From Negaprion brevirostris (lineage: Eukaryota): a DNA stretch of 64,000 nt. The notes beneath the pieces are model-generated. The model did not search any database. It was not told where the DNA came from and was given only the letters and a program-made list of their open reading frames with translations. Position numbers and translations under genes: made by a program. Below, in pieces: positions 1-14,130 of the stretch. The stretch spans positions 143,132,000 through 143,195,999 of the forward strand of contig JARDVH010000001.1 in assembly GCA_030324005.1 (NCBI GenBank), written 5' to 3'. How positions within the stretch are numbered: position 1 is the stretch's first letter; each line of letters begins with the position of its first letter.

Positions 1-432
1 AGGCGAAGGATGGATGGGTGGTGACCGTTGCTCGGAGTAAAGAGGGGAGACCGGTCGGTTTAAGGAGGCTGGTAGGGCGTGGTGGTGGCGGCGGCGGCGG
101 CGGAGAGGGAGAGGGAGGCTGGCGTGGAACCACGTTTGTTGCAGTGCTCGAATTCGGAAAGGGGGGAGAGCGACTTCCCCCACCCCCGTCTCCTCCCCCC
201 AGTCCACCATATTGTACTGGTGCCGGTGCTGGCTTGATCTCTCCCGGCTCCTGCTTTCCATTCGCACCGTCGCTCCTTTCTGGGAGTTGGAATTCCCAGC
301 CGCAGAACTCTCTCTATCCCCTCCCAAAGAAATTCCGCTGAGACATTTTTCAACCTGAAAACGAAAACACGTTTTTCCCATAGGGGATTATATTTTTTTC
401 GACTTGAGAGAGAGGTTTTTTTAGGTGCCAAG
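1..432 (+). other. LARP1B: Putative non-coding first exon (5' UTR) of LARP1B; 5' end unknown
   Basis: Strong donor CAAG|GTAAGG at 432/433 in the CpG island. The next acceptor TTTGACAG (1441) precedes the ATG exon. Confidence 0.6.
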
Positions 433-1521
433 GTAAGGGGAGGTGGGACGTTGTTCTTTATATATTGGTGGCCTGCTTGTGTGGCATTGAATTGACCCCT
501 CGGCGGCCGCGTTCGCCCGCTGACCGTTAAAGAATCCTCGGATTCAAATTTTTCACGTGATCTTTTTTTGGATTAAATTTTAAAATTTTTCAGGGGATCC
601 AGGGAGATTTTTTTTGGGGGGAGAGAAGCGAATAAACAAACAAGGCCTGTTTCCACAGTAACAGCGGGCTGTCGTAACAATAGTGTGAAGCCAGGATAGT
701 CCTATGCCGGGGGCAGAGCTGCCGAAGCCTCGGAGAGGGGGCCTGGGCCGGAGGCAAAGGCCTTAGGGAAGCGGGGGGCTGGGTAGAGTTCCCGAATCGG
801 AGGGGGAGGGTAGAGCTTCCGATGGAGGCCTGGGGTGATGGCTGGTGTAATACTCCCGATGCCCGAGGGAGGCCTGAGCAGAGTTCCTGAAGCCCCGGGC
901 AGGGAGAGCACCCGGACGCTGGACACGTCAGTATGAAGCGCTCACTCACACGTGGTGCTGGGTGCCGGCGAGAAGGCTTTCAGCAGCTGATCACCCCCAC
1001 CGTGGGGAAGTGAGCAATAGGACGCATGGTCATTACAGCGCCTACACCGAATGAACGCGTGCATTTGTTACCTTAAAATACAAGTACTGCAGTCCCCCCA
1101 CCTCCCATAACGTCATGAGTCGCACACCAGGCTGACTNNNNNNNNNNNNNNNNNNNNNNNNNNNNNNNNNNNNNNNNNNNNNNNNNNNNNNNNNNNNNNN
1201 NNNNNNNNNNNNNNNNNNNNNNNNNNNNNNNNNNNNNCTCTGCATTTATTCCCTTTTTTATTCCATGTTTCTTTCGCTTCCACCCCCTCCATTTTTAAAT
1301 CGTCTTAACTTTGCCCTTGTTCTCGAAGGGGGGGAAAAGAGTCACTCGCTGCCTTTGTTTTTAATATCCTTACTATCACTAGGGTTCAAAAAATTAAGTG
1401 AACGCCTTTTAAATTGCCCCTCTTGTACTTTGATTTGACAGTAAATCGTGAATACTTTAAAGCGAATTATTAGAGGGAGAGAGGAGCGGTGAATTTCGAG
1501 AGCGGCCCAGCCGTGCAGGGC

Positions 1522-1927
1522 ATGATGGCCACCGAGGTTGAGTCTCCCCTACTTCAGTCCACGGATCACGACACGTCTCTCCAACCGTCGGGTAGCAGCA
1601 GCGGAGGCAGCTCTCAAGACGAGTCGGTGACCCACGATCACACTACATTGTCGTCGGCTTCAGGAGGAGGCGACGAGGATGCGGGTAGCGACCTCTCCGC
1701 GAGGTTGGAGCCTCAGTCCGCAGGCCGAGACCGGTCCGAGCAGCGAAGCGGCGCACTGGAGGTGGGGACTGATGCCGAAAATAAAGAAAACGACCAGACC
1801 CAGAGGGATTCAGCGGAGAAGTCGCAGAAAAAATTTACGGAAGCGCCTCCTCCTAAAATCAACCCCTGGACCAAGAAAAAAAACATGGTCACTGCCAACA
1901 GCATGAATGTCAGCAGCCAGGAGGCAG
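1522..1927 (+). CDS. LARP1B: LARP1B coding exon 1 (exon starts 1442): MMATEVESPLL...FTEAPPPKINPWTKK...SQEA
   Basis: In-frame TAG at 1471 lies upstream of ATG-ATG (1522/1525; the second has strong Kozak context). Matches the LARP1-family MATQVEPLL and FVEAPPPKVNPWTK motifs. Donor CAG|GTTTGT, phase 1. Confidence 0.9.
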
Positions 1928-4349
1928 GTTTGTGCACGGGCCTATTTAAAATCTGACTGGATTCCTTTTGAAGGAAAGTTACGAGGTGACAATCAACTGG
2001 CAACACCGTTTAATTTTTTAATCACCTTTAGTTTCTTAAACCCCACGAAGTTGTGATTTGGAGGAAATCAGCGTTTTAAAAAAAGTGGCATGCATCCATT
2101 TTAAAATGAGCTTTTAACAGTCTTTTGATCTGACTTGCTGGTTTAAAAATGTGTGGGCTATTTATCTTTCAGTTTGGTGAAGTAACTGATAATTGAATTA
2201 GTTAATGGCCCATGCGCCTATAAAAGTGCTAGTTTTAATCTGTATACAGTCCGTTTTTTCATGCTTAGTTGCCATATTGGTAAGTGTCATTCATCTGTTT
2301 TATTTACATAAATGGGCATCAGGTTAAGCCAATCTGTAAGAGGTGTGGTCTGTTTACACTCGCAGTATAGAGTGAAATCCATCCGTAAGCATCTAATTTT
2401 TAGATGAAGGAACTGCAGCCTTGCCGAAATTTTCTGTACAGTTGCTGGCAAGAATGGAGGGTCCGTCGGGAAACTGAAATTTTATCTCTGATAATTTAAT
2501 CGAGATTATCTTTAATTTGACAATTTACGTATATGACCGTTTTCACCATGCAACTCACTCTCTGCAACCGTCAGAAACTTTGTAATGATTTACATACGAA
2601 TGTTAACAGTTTTAATGAGTTTTCTAGTATTGGATTGGTTGAGAATGTCATTAACCGAGACGGCAAAGATTAAAGAGGCTTTATCCATAATCTTGATGGA
2701 AGAAGACGAGGTGTATTTTCCTGATTTTCCTAATAGGAAAATATAAATCTTTTTAGAGAATTGGGGATTTGAGTTAGATTTCTCTCCCGTCAAATCATTT
2801 CGATTCTAGGGAATCTGCTGATGGAAGCGCATTTTGAATGACGTCCAACCCCCGCCCCCCGCGTTTCTGATCAAATTTCACTCTAGCACGTGTAATACGG
2901 CTTCACCAGGCAGTGTTTCACGGGAGGAAATTGGGTTTCTAGTTGGAGTGGAATACTGAACCAGATCGTGCCCGATCATTGAAAATAATATTTTACGTAT
3001 TCGTAGACATACGCTTAACTTTTAAATCTGGCTTGCTTCTTTCCAGCTGTTAGTGGCAGCTATGCCAGTAGCAACTATAAGTAATTCTTGTGAAGAATAT
3101 CACTTGTATCAGTGGACGGTGTTCATTTTTAGTGTTTGTGTCTTGTTTAGCGAATTCTTATCACATTACTAAATAGTTTTGAAGTCACTGAAATATACAG
3201 TGCCATATAACTGTACTGTTAAAATAGTTAATTATTGAGGAATTCTGGTGACATTGATTTTTTTCACTTTTCTGTGGCCGTGTATTAGTATATACTCTCC
3301 TGGCAGCATTACAAAAAAAAGTTGGGTTTTCTACTGGAGGCTTTAGTTGCCATATTTTTGGCATCCCTTTTCTCAATGAAATAATCTCCTTCCCTGTCCT
3401 CTTACGGCATTAACCATTTGCTGGCATATTATTTAGTTTCTGACATTATCAAGTCTTTTGATGGGAGACATTATAGCTAAGCCCAGTCCTTTTGGGTATG
3501 AAATCTTTGTTTTTCTAATCTTGTTTAGGGCAAGTTTATCATTTTTTTTAATCTGCTTCTTAATTCCTGGTTTTGGACCTGTTAAGCTGAAAAGACAAGT
3601 GTTCTACATTAGGGTTGCAGCCAATGGACTTTGTAATCAGCCACTAGTGACCATAAATGTCAAGATTTCCTCTTTTGTCTCTATATCTTGATGTAAATCA
3701 GCCATTTCTGTTTGAAATCTAATGCTATGTTAACTAGCATAGGTGGCCTTTCAGACGTATTACATTTTTTTTTGTAAGTGCACAAATCTAGTAAAATATT
3801 TACATTCAGTGATCATGTGTTTTTAATGTAGTCTGGTCTGATAGCTTTGGTTAAAAGTTTGTGTTCAATTCCCAGTAGCTTAGCTGTTTAAAACATTGGA
3901 TAAAGAGCACACAGACTAGGGAGGTTCCATGCTTGATTTAATTCCCAACTTGGTTGGAATAAATCTCAGTTCCAGTACTTGGCTGTGAGCAGGTTTCCAT
4001 TGCTGATCACAAAACCAGTGAGATAATTGAAGTGAATAAATGCTGAAGGAATCGGGCCCTGAATAAAGTTATCCCCAAATTCACTTACTGTTCTTTCCAA
4101 AACCCAACTGTCTAGGCTTTGAGCTTTGCCGCAAGATTTTTGTAGCGCCTGAATTCCTCAGCTGTACTCTTGTCTACAAATTTGTCCGAGTCCTAATATC
4201 ATTATGCTCTCGCCCTGACCCATTCCCCGGGCTCGGTTCTCGCCTTTGCTCACTGAAGCATAAGCAATAGATTTGAAAGGTTATGGTGCACAACTTGTTT
4301 AACAATCTACTGCCACATCTTATTATTCCACTCAAAATACTGTTGGGTT

Positions 4350-6560
4350 CCACTTTTGTCTGCTAATACTGCTGCTCTCTATTCCTGGGTTATCCTGGAA
4401 TGCAATGATAACCTCAGCCTTATTTTCTCAACTGCATACTATTGTCTTAAACTCCTCTCCCCGTGCCATCTACTGTCAACTCTAACAATTGCAAAGACCT
4501 CCGTGGGTTACTTTGTCACTCCGAGAAAGTCAGATCAGTTGCTTCTGCCACGTCCCTCCCTTGCTAGCCAGCCTGGCCNNNNNNNNNNTTCATGCTCCTT
4601 GAGCTAACCCTGAATTCGCAATTTTCTTCAGCTTCCCTCTACCTCTTAAGTTCACCAGGATCATTACGGCCACCCTTGATCCTAATCCCACTAAATTGCT
4701 ATTCGCCCAAGTTCTCCTCCCAGCCCCCATATGAGCTGATATTATTAACAATTCTGTTATCCTTCTTTTCAAATCTGTAGTCATCAACCCTCCTCATCAG
4801 AAAATGAACACTCGACCCCTCCCTCCTTAGAAGCCACCTGCTCCATCTTCAAATTCCTTTATTGTATTCTCTCCCAAATCCATTTCCATCTTTCCTCACA
4901 CTCCATATTTGAATCCTTGTCTGCCTTGGTCACAGTTTTGAAGCAGCTTACATAAAAGTCACAAGTAAACATTCTACATGACCAAGATAAACTTTCCCTC
5001 CTCATCCTTTTCGACCTGTTGGCAGTTTTTGACATGATTGACCATTCCATCCCCGTCCAATGTTTCCACCGTCATTTAACCGTGTGGGACTCTTCTCACG
5101 TGATTTCACTTTTATCTTAATTGTAGGTAAAGACTTTCTTCCTATTCCTGCAATGTTGCTATTGTTATCCACTATGGATCAATCCTTGGCTCCCTCCCAC
5201 TTCTTATTTACAGACTGTCCCTTGGCGGCATCCAGTGCATGACATTAGTTTTCACACGTACCTTGGCAGCACTCTGCTCCACCTCAAACCAATGTACTTG
5301 CCTCCTGTTATTGCTGAACTGTCAAACTGCTTATCTAATCTGCAGTACTGAAAAAGCAGAAATTTCCTCCACTTAAATATTAAGACTGCAGCCACTGTTC
5401 TTGGCACTTGCTCCAAACTACACTTCTGATCTACCAACTTCATCCCTCTCCCTTACAACAGTCTGAGATTGTCAGTGCATTCACAGCCCTAGTGTCATGT
5501 TTGATTTCGTGATGAGCACCTGATTTAATTTGTGCCATTTTTAAGACTGCCTAGTTCCAGCTTTGCAACATCAGTTAGCTTCACCCCGTCTCTGTTTATT
5601 TGCTGCTTAAAAACCCTCATTTATGTCACATATGCTGCTTAAAAACCCTCATCTATGGTAGGAGTTGAGGGCCTGAATGCGATTACTGTCACTAGAGAGG
5701 TAGTGCTTGATAGACTAACGGGATTGATGGTGGACAAGTCCCCAGGACCGGATGGAATGCATCCCAGGGTTCTGAAGGAAATGGCAGAGGTGATAGTGGA
5801 TNNNNNNNNNNNNNNNNNNNNNNNNNNNNNNNNNNNNNNNNNNNNNNNNNNNNNNNNNNNNNNNNNNNNNNNNNNNNNNNNNNNNNNNNNNNNNNNNNNN
5901 NGATAGACAGGGGAATTAAGGGTTATGGGGAGAGAGCGGGAAAGTGAAACTGATCCACTTCAGATCAGCCATGATCTTGTTGAATGGGGGGGAAGGCTCG
6001 AAGTGCTAGATGGCCTACTCATGCTCATATTTCTTATGTCCTTGGTAGCTACAAGCTTGGTATTGCAATACACCCCTGATTGGTCTTCTGCATTCTACCC
6101 TCCATAAACTTGAAGTTATCCAAACCTCTGGTGCCCGTGTCTTAACTCTGTGTATACTTGCTGACCTACGCTGGCTCCTGGGCAAACAATGTTTTGATTT
6201 TAAAAGTCTCATCCTTGTTTGCAAATCCCTCCATGACCCTGCCCCTCCCTATATCTATATTCTCATGAGATATGTACTCTTCTAATTCTCGCCTCATGCA
6301 CAATCCCAATCATTACTTGTCCACTATTGGAGATTTGTGTCATTTAGTGATATAATTTACTGTTTTTAGTTGCCTAGGCCTCAAGCTCTAGAAATCTACA
6401 ACACTTCTTCATGCTTCTACTTCACTTGCCTTTTTGGAGACAATTTTTAAAACACTTCTTCAACCAAGCTTTTGGTTATCCTGCCTAATATTATGTGTCA
6501 CAAATTGTTGTACATGGCTCCTGTCAAATACCTTGGATTGTTTCATTATTTTAAAGATGA
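4350..6560 (+). mobile_element. Decayed L2-like LINE, interrupted by a CR1 fragment
   Basis: RT motif relic LILFDLLAVFDMIDHSI at 5001-5051 (consensus LLDLSAAFDTIDH). L2-type 3' region continues after 6040. Confidence 0.65.
5658..6038 (+). mobile_element. CR1 LINE fragment (ORF2 piece plus 3' tail, gap inside)
   Basis: DKSPGPDGMHPRVLKEMAEVI is a CR1 ORF2 hallmark. 3' end reads GATCAGCCATGATCTT...GGCCTACTC...TTCTTATG. Confidence 0.85.
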
Positions 6561-7094
6561 TATGAAATTATAATTTGTTATGACACTGCCATTGCTTTGC
6601 CTCTCACATGCAGAATGACTGGCACTGGAAGAACTGTTCCCTGGAAAATAATTAATGCTTTTAGAAGAAGTGGGTAAATTGGAAAGTTGGAAGGAGTGTG
6701 AGCTTCTTAGTGTTCCAAACGTAACTTAAAATCTTGGTAGTTAAAGATTCATTGGGGCTAAGACTTATTATGCCATGGGATGAAATTTGGACTGGAGATT
6801 AAATTTCTCCATCACTATTTAAAAATTTATTTTTCTTCCCCCCTCTTTAGGTCTCCCTGCACCACCCCCCTGCCGAGAGGGCGGGCAGGTGACCTGCTCC
6901 CAGGCCTCTGCCAAAGCTGCTCTAACCAGTTGCTAGGAGGTGTGCAAGAGCATCCCAGGGTGAGTTGCCCTAAGCTTTTATTTTTTTTCCCTTGTTGTTG
7001 GGAATTGGCTAACATTTGCTATGCCTTCACACCCATCCTCTTTGCCCCCTCTCCTCCCCCAGTTCAACATTTCCCCTCCTGAATAGGAGTTTAA

Positions 7095-7548
7095 CAACAA
7101 CTTGTATTTATATACCTTCTTTAATTTAACGGAAATTCAACAGTATTCACATATTATAAAATAAGACACTGAGATATGGAAGTAAATGACCAAAAACCTG
7201 GTCAAAGAGATAAATTTCAAGGAATGCCTTAGAAAAGGAAATTAAATTGAGAAGCTGAGGTTGAGGGAAAGAGTTCCAGAGCTTAGGACCAAAATCTGAG
7301 ATGCTGAAAGACCAAAATTCAAGGTTTGTGTTGTTGGGCTAGAGGGGATTAGGGACAGGGATTGGTAAGGCTATGCAGTGAGCTTAAAACAAGCAGCAGA
7401 ATTTTAAAATTAAGATATTGCTCAACTTGGAGCTAGTGTACATCAGTGAGCATAGAGGCGATGAGTGAAGGGGACTTGGTGTGACTTACGATATGGAGAG
7501 TGGAGTTTTGGTTTACCTCCAGTTTATGGTGCTGGTAGGTTAAAATGA
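7095..7548 (-). mobile_element. L2-like LINE 3' fragment
   Basis: Reverse-complement similarity to the L2-type 3' region at 6040-6560. Confidence 0.5.
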
Positions 7549-10500
7549 NNNNNNNNNNNNNNNNNNNNNNNNNNNNNNNNNNNNNNNNNNNNNNNNNNNN
7601 NNNNNNNNNNNNNNNNNNNNNNNNNNNNNNNNNNNNNNNNNNNNNNNNNNNNNNNNNNNNNNNNNNNNNNNNNNNNNNNNNNNNNNNNNNNNNNNNNNNN
7701 NNNNNNNNNNNNNNNNNNNNNNNNNNNNNNNNNNNNNNNNNNNNNNNNNNNNNNNNNNNNNNNNNNNNNNNNNNNNNNNNNNNNNNNNNNNNNNNNNNNN
7801 NNNNNNNNNNNNNNNNNNNNNNNNNNNNNNNNNNNNNNNNNNNNNNNNNNNNNNNNNNNNNNNNNNNNNNNNNNNNNNNNNNNNNNNNNNNNNNNNNNNN
7901 NNNNNNNNNNNNNNNNNNNNNNNNNNNNNNNNNNNNNNTAAAAGGTTTGTGTAGGCCCATGTATGCTCTCCAAGAGTTTGTTCATCTAGATTTCAACAGC
8001 AAATGTCAGTGGCAGTTGACTACAAAGAGTATCACATTAAACTGAATCCAACAATCACTTGTGCGTCACCCTGCAATGAGGAAAGAATCCCCAGCTGTTT
8101 CTTTTCCCTCCAACCATCCTATGGTCCAGGCATGCCAAAGCTAGTTATACCTCAAATGTTCTAACTGAGACCAGCAAAAGAAAATTAAACCAAGGATCTC
8201 TCTGGTCTATGTAACTCTACTGTACTGGATATTTATTCTCTTTATCCACTCAGTCAGCGGTGGCGTGATATCAAAGTTTTAACATGCTGCAAATTTTATG
8301 GTCAGTGGTGACTGGATGTATATCAGAAAATGGTGACCTGGCCAAAAGATAACTGCTGTTATATTCTTTCCTGCTTTAATGAATTTGATTTCAGACAAGT
8401 TTGTATACAAGAACTTTTGATCTGGATAATCAATTTAATTCCTGTCAATCTGAATTGCTCTGGCAGTCCAATGTGACTCCAATGTTCCCATAGAGTTGGA
8501 TTTTGGTCGTTTGATATTATAAATACTCAAAGGCAAATATATTAATGTAGTTCTAAATCCTAGTACAGAATATTGAAGGAATAGTGTATCCTTTTTTTTC
8601 CAAGGCACTTCACAAGAGCTTGCCAAACAAAATTTAACAACAACTACCCCCAGAAGTGCTCCTGGAAAATCACCTGGAATAAGTTTACAAAAGGGCAAAA
8701 AAATGTGGCTTCTGGCCTGCTGTTTTGGAACTGTGCCAGTTTTAAGAGCTGCAGCTGCACCTTTTGTTCCCTGAAAGCAATGATTCCTGTTGTTTCTAAT
8801 ATTGTGCACTATGAACAGACATGAGATTTTGTTTAGTCATCCTAGATAACGAGACCTGAGGCCCAAGTATTTTCGGAAAGGCTATGCTTAACTTTTAATT
8901 TTTCTGACTATATAATTTGAATACGTAGACAACATTGGATTGAAATAATTTGTGAATTTAATCTGCAGTCCAATTCCTTTAAATGAGGCATGGTCTTTTC
9001 GACATCTGTTCATGTACCTTGTATATTAACCATATTTCTTGTCTGAATATCAAAAGTTTATAAGTGTATCATTTAATAATTTTGCTGTGGTTTGTTACAG
9101 CAGCTTATTACTAACTTTTGTCCTCTATTGTGCCGTTTGCTTGTAGGAGCCATTTTGTGTCAAGACCAAATAGAATCCATAATTGCCACTAAGAGGAATT
9201 TGCATTATTTAATGGTTAAAAGCTCATGGCTCAAACAGAAAGATTATTTGAAGTTAATCAGCATGCATGTTACTGGTGAAATTGAGGCTGCGTGTTTTAT
9301 ACTGAGCTTCAATCCATTAAATTTTGTTAGTTATTTGTGATGCAAACACCATTTTTTAAATGAAACTTTGTTTATCAAATTCCCTTATCATATTGCAGTC
9401 CCATGGCTTCATTAATGAATTAGCTATTTAGCCTGTACTTTGTGAGGAGATTTAACCCCTGCACTTAATCTTGCCTGTATTCTTTTGAAGAAAATGAGGC
9501 GTGAAATGAATTCAATTTGCCACAAGAAACAAAGTATAGGGCCCAAAGGACACGTGGCAATATATTTTCATGTCATACCTTTTAAGCTGCTTTATAACAA
9601 GGCTGTGACAGTGTTCATAATTTAAACAAACTATAGGGCAAGATAAAATATTCTAAAACATGAACCATAAAGCAAGTACATTTTTGATTATTATTGACAG
9701 TTGAGAAGTTTTCAAAAATATAAAGCAAATTCATATTCAGAATAAACACGTATAAAAAAAAAAAAAGATTTTTTTCTGATAAACTTTCTGTAAAGGCAGT
9801 GAAAAGAGCCTTTGAATATTTTTAAGGCTGACCTAGACAGGGGTGAGGGGTTATTGGGGCATACAGGAATGTGGGGTTGAAGTTGTGATTGGACCAGCCA
9901 TTATCTTATTGAATAGCAAGGCAGGTTCAAGTGACCAACTCCTGCTTCTAATTCATTTATTTCTAAAAATCTACTTAAACCCTTCATTAGCTTTAGCAAA
10001 AGAAAAGTACAATTTAAACAAAAATGCTGGCATAAGAACAGTAAGGGTACAATATTGCTAAAAGATGTAATTCCTTGAAAGGCAAGTTATTCTTAGTGCA
10101 GGAATATTCAAGTTTTTTATACACCATGCAAGAAATTTGAAAATGAATGCTAAGATTTGATTTAATGTTTTATCCAAAAATGCTGAGAATTTACTTTCTA
10201 TACTTTAGGCCCATAAAGTTCAAATAGGACAAGTCAGCCAGAAAGAAAGTGGAACTGAATAGTGCGAGCATCTCTGTGGACCAGATTACCAGGGCTCATG
10301 GGCAGCCCAACTCATACAAGATGTAGTTTGTGATTATGATCTGCCTGTCCAATTTCCATTCTTGTACGTATGCAATCCCTGATGATTTGGTCATAATAAA
10401 TCTCTCTGCCATTATTTGTTATGACATGATGATTCTGGAAAAACTGCAATTGTGTGCTCTGTGCATGTTTTTCTGAAAAAAGTTTTTATAATGTTGTGGA

Positions 10501-12640
10501 CTGTGGTAGAGTGATTTGTTTTAACGATGAGTGGTTTAATTGTTGAAAGGTCCGAAGATTGCCATGATTATGGAGAATTTACAACAGAAAATTTTGTTCA
10601 TCACTTGGGCTCATCTAGACTTCTATAGATGGACTTCTAATCTATCTTCATTATTGAACTGCCATAAGTTTCTTCCTATTGAATGTGCTTTCACTTTTTT
10701 GTCATCCTGTGTCATTGATAGGGCTAAGCAGATACTCTTGTTANNNNNNNNNNNNNNNNNNNNNNNNNNNNNNNNNNNNNNNNNNNNNNNNNNNNNNNNN
10801 NNNNNNNNNNNNNNNNNNNNNNNNNNNNNNNNNNNNNNNNNNNAGGTAACTTTAACCCTGCACTACTTTCAAAATTAAGAACGTACAAAACCGCATCATA
10901 ATTGTAGAAACATCAATGTCAAACACTCAGGTGCCTTGGGAATCATTGTAGCATTGCAGAATTTTGATAAGGACACAATATTTATTTGTCAGTTGACTGA
11001 ATGAACTAGCATTAGTTAGTCATTCAATCTGTACTTTCCAGCTCTACGTTGTCCAATAGCAAAAAACTCTACTTGTTTCTGATCATTCCACCCTTAACCA
11101 TTTTCCTGCTGCTTGTTTCTGTACCTCCTTCTGTGTAAAGTCATTAAACCTAAAATCCTTGTGAACTTGTGTCTTATAAGCTTCCACCTGTGTCCTGTGG
11201 TTTCATTGTTTGTGGGAGTCTCAGGTGTACTACTGGGGTCCCTTTTGATCTAATTGCTTAAGGACTTGCAATAAAACATTCACTCAACCACTTCCAGAGT
11301 ATATGGCCCCATCTTCTTCCATCGTGCCTCCATTGTTAACTATTTTCAACTAGGTACTGGTTTGTTTTCCCTTCGCTGCATTGTCTTAAATGCAGTACTG
11401 TAGAATTTTCAGTATAGTTAACTTGCATACTTAACTGGCAATTAATTTTATTCTTGTTTTGTTATTTTACGCATTGAAGGAGTAGATATTGTAGAATCGA
11501 CAGTTTGAATATAAACTGCTTGATTTTTGTGAAATTCCTGGCTTCAACTTTGGAATGGAGGAATCTTTCACAAATAAATTACTTTGATATCTGCAGCCTT
11601 TTAATTTAGAAATCACCATTTATCTCAGATCATTGGAAGAACACACAAGTGCGCTGGCAATCCAGTACATTTCTGCTATGAATACTGATTTATAAAACTA
11701 GGTGTCCACCAGAATCAAGTAAATATTATTTGATCTTCACATTCTCATCTCAAGTAGCAGTTGACGTTAAGCCTCACCAAATTAAATTTATTTGAAATGT
11801 TTGTATACACTGATCATATTTTTAATTCGTATACAATTTCGATCTTTTCTCTCCTATTTTTTTGTCAGCTGTGGTATCAGGACTCGTTATCCACAAAATG
11901 TAAAAAATTTGCATTCCTGCTGCTCTTGTCCTGTGATCTATGCCAGGGCTCCCAAACAGAAGTCTGCAGACCATCAGAAGTCAGTGAAGGCTTTCTAGGG
12001 CACCACTGATGCTGGTGGCAAGCACGTGACCAGCAAATGCTGGTTTCAACATTCCAAATTTTTAAAAAAGCAGTGAGAACAAATAACCCAATCAGAGCAA
12101 CATCTCTTGGAGCACTGGAAACAGAACACCCATCATCAGGCAGTGCTCTGAGAAGCCTTGCTGTTTTATTTATTTGATCTCGATGGTGTTGGACATAAAA
12201 GCCCAGGCCAACAATGAAGATCAACGGTGAGCCAGTTGGAGTCAAGTCAGCAGCAGGCACAGAAGCGTCTGTGGCAATTCAGACAACACAATGGTGGCCC
12301 TTCACTGGAAGAGAGAGTGTGGTGATGGCTGTGATCGAAGCAGGGTGGGAGGGGGTGCACGGAGTGGGTACAGTGGCTGGATGGAGAGGCATGGGGGGTG
12401 GGTGCAAGTTTGATTATCAGTTTTCCAACGCCAAAAGGTAAGAATTAATCTTTTTAAATAATAGAACTATTTAAATTATCCACACTTAAAGTTGATACTA
12501 CTGCCAGCATTTAACATTAAGGGGCTGTAGAAGAATGTCTTGACCAGGGGTTAATGGAGATGCTACATAATAGGCTAGGAGCAGTATCAGCCTAAGGCAT
12601 TAAAGGGGTTGCTGCAAACTGTGAAGTTACAAAGCCAATG

Positions 12641-12935
12641 CCCAGTGATTAGCACTACTGTCTCACAGCTTCATAGAATTGGTTTCAATTCGGGCCTCGG
12701 GTCACTCTGTATGGAGTTTGCACATTTCCCAGTTTCTGTGACAGTTTCCTCTGGGTGCTGTTTTCCTCCCACTGTCCAAAGATGTGCAGATTAGGTTGAT
12801 TGGCCATGCTAAATTGTCCCTTAGTGATTAGGGGATTAGCAGGGTAAATACGTGGGGTTATGGGAATAGTGCCTGGGTGGGATTTTGGTCAGTGCAGATT
12901 TGGTGGGCTTCCTTCTGCCCTGTAGCGATTGTATA
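12641..12935 (+). mobile_element. HE1-type V-SINE (CR1-like tail)
   Basis: tRNA-derived head, V-domain GGAGTTTGCAC...TTCCTCCCAC..TCCAAAGATGTGCAG, tail CCTTCTGC..TGTAG. Confidence 0.85.
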
Positions 12936-13539
12936 ATTGTGTGTATCTCCTGATGTATACTGATGATAAGGATCTGCCCACAGAAGGTAGGATTGCAAAT
13001 GGCACAGCTTGGAAATTTAGTAAATCATGAAGAGGGTAATAAAAGACATTGGGAAGATAAACTGGTGGAATGTTTTCTTTTTAGTTTGTTCACAGATGGG
13101 TGTGTGTGTCACTGGCAAAGCCAGAATTGCCCACTCCTACATGCTGTTAAGGTGGTAGTGAGCAGCTGCCTTAAAATATTGTTGTCCAAATAATGTAGAT
13201 GCACCCACAGTGCTGTTAGGATTGGAAGACACATAGGAAATTTAATTCAATGCAGAGAAGAATGAGAAGTAATATGAATTAGAGGTACAGTTTCAAAATG
13301 GTTACAAAAAGTGCAGATTTGATCCTCCTTTATTTCAGCATTCTGATTTCCTTCTGGGCATCTCTTGGTGTGTTTTATCTGGAAAATTCATTCACTTTGA
13401 ACAAGACATTTTNNNNNNNNNNCACCTCACAGATGCTGCCTACTCTGAGTATTTTCAGTCTATTCTATCAATATAATAGATCTTGACTGTATGACATGAC
13501 ACAGAAAGAGGCCAATCAGTCCATAATGACTCACTTGGT

Positions 13540-14130
13540 GTTAAAGTATACACATCTTTAGAGATAGCAAGGTGTGTTGTTACGACTTTTTAAAACAAAA
13601 TCCACAGGTTCCTGGGCTTAAAGATGTAGGTGTACAATGTAAAAGCAAGAAAGCTGTACCAAACACTTTCACTACTCAGGTCTCAGCTGAATTATTGTAT
13701 ACAGTTCTTGGCACTACACTTAAGGAAAGATGTCAAGGCCATGGAGAGAGTGCTTGGGAGATTTTCTGGAATGATATTTTGGGAAGAGAGTTTTCAATTG
13801 CATGGAGAGACTAAAGAATCTAAGATTGTTCTCTTCAGAACAGGGAAGGTTAAGGCCAGATTTAATAAAAGGTTTTTTGATCAGTTGTAGAAAAATGGTT
13901 TCATATGGAGGAAAAGCTAGGGAGAAATAGAAGTTTTGTATTAGAAGGTTCAAGATATACTAGAATACACTGCCTGTAAGGGTGGTGAAGCATATTTAAT
14001 AACTTTCAAAAGGAATTGGATGTATACTTGAAGAAAAATCATTAATGTGCTTTACAGAAAGAACAGGGAATGGCCAATTGGGATAGCTTTTAGAGAGTTG
14101 CTGCAGACACAAGCCCCTTTCTATTCTACA
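13540..14130 (+). mobile_element. CR1 LINE 3' fragment
   Basis: LYQTL..LRSQLNYCIQF.ALHLRKDVKAMERV resembles the CR1 ORF2 C-terminus. Confidence 0.75.

Larger units (their letters stand above)
1..3010. promoter_or_regulatory. CpG island / promoter region of LARP1B
   Basis: High GC and CpG density over 1-2000, tapering to about 3000, versus CpG-poor AT-rich DNA downstream. (GGC)n run at about 86-103. CACGTG E-boxes at 554, 949 and 2887, and a CCCGCCCC GC-box at about 2851. Confidence 0.8.

Noticed and set aside
18-949. ORFs of 74-123 aa in the CpG island
   Set aside because: Low-complexity Gly/Pro-rich translations with non-ATG starts, typical of GC-rich DNA, with no recognisable homology.
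1489-1521. GTG-initiated extension of the first coding exon
   Set aside because: Eukaryotic gene with ATGs in good context at 1522/1525, and family homology begins at MAT.
7433-8045. ORFs spanning N runs (also 10540, 52598, 61264)
   Set aside because: Open only because Ns contain no stop codons.
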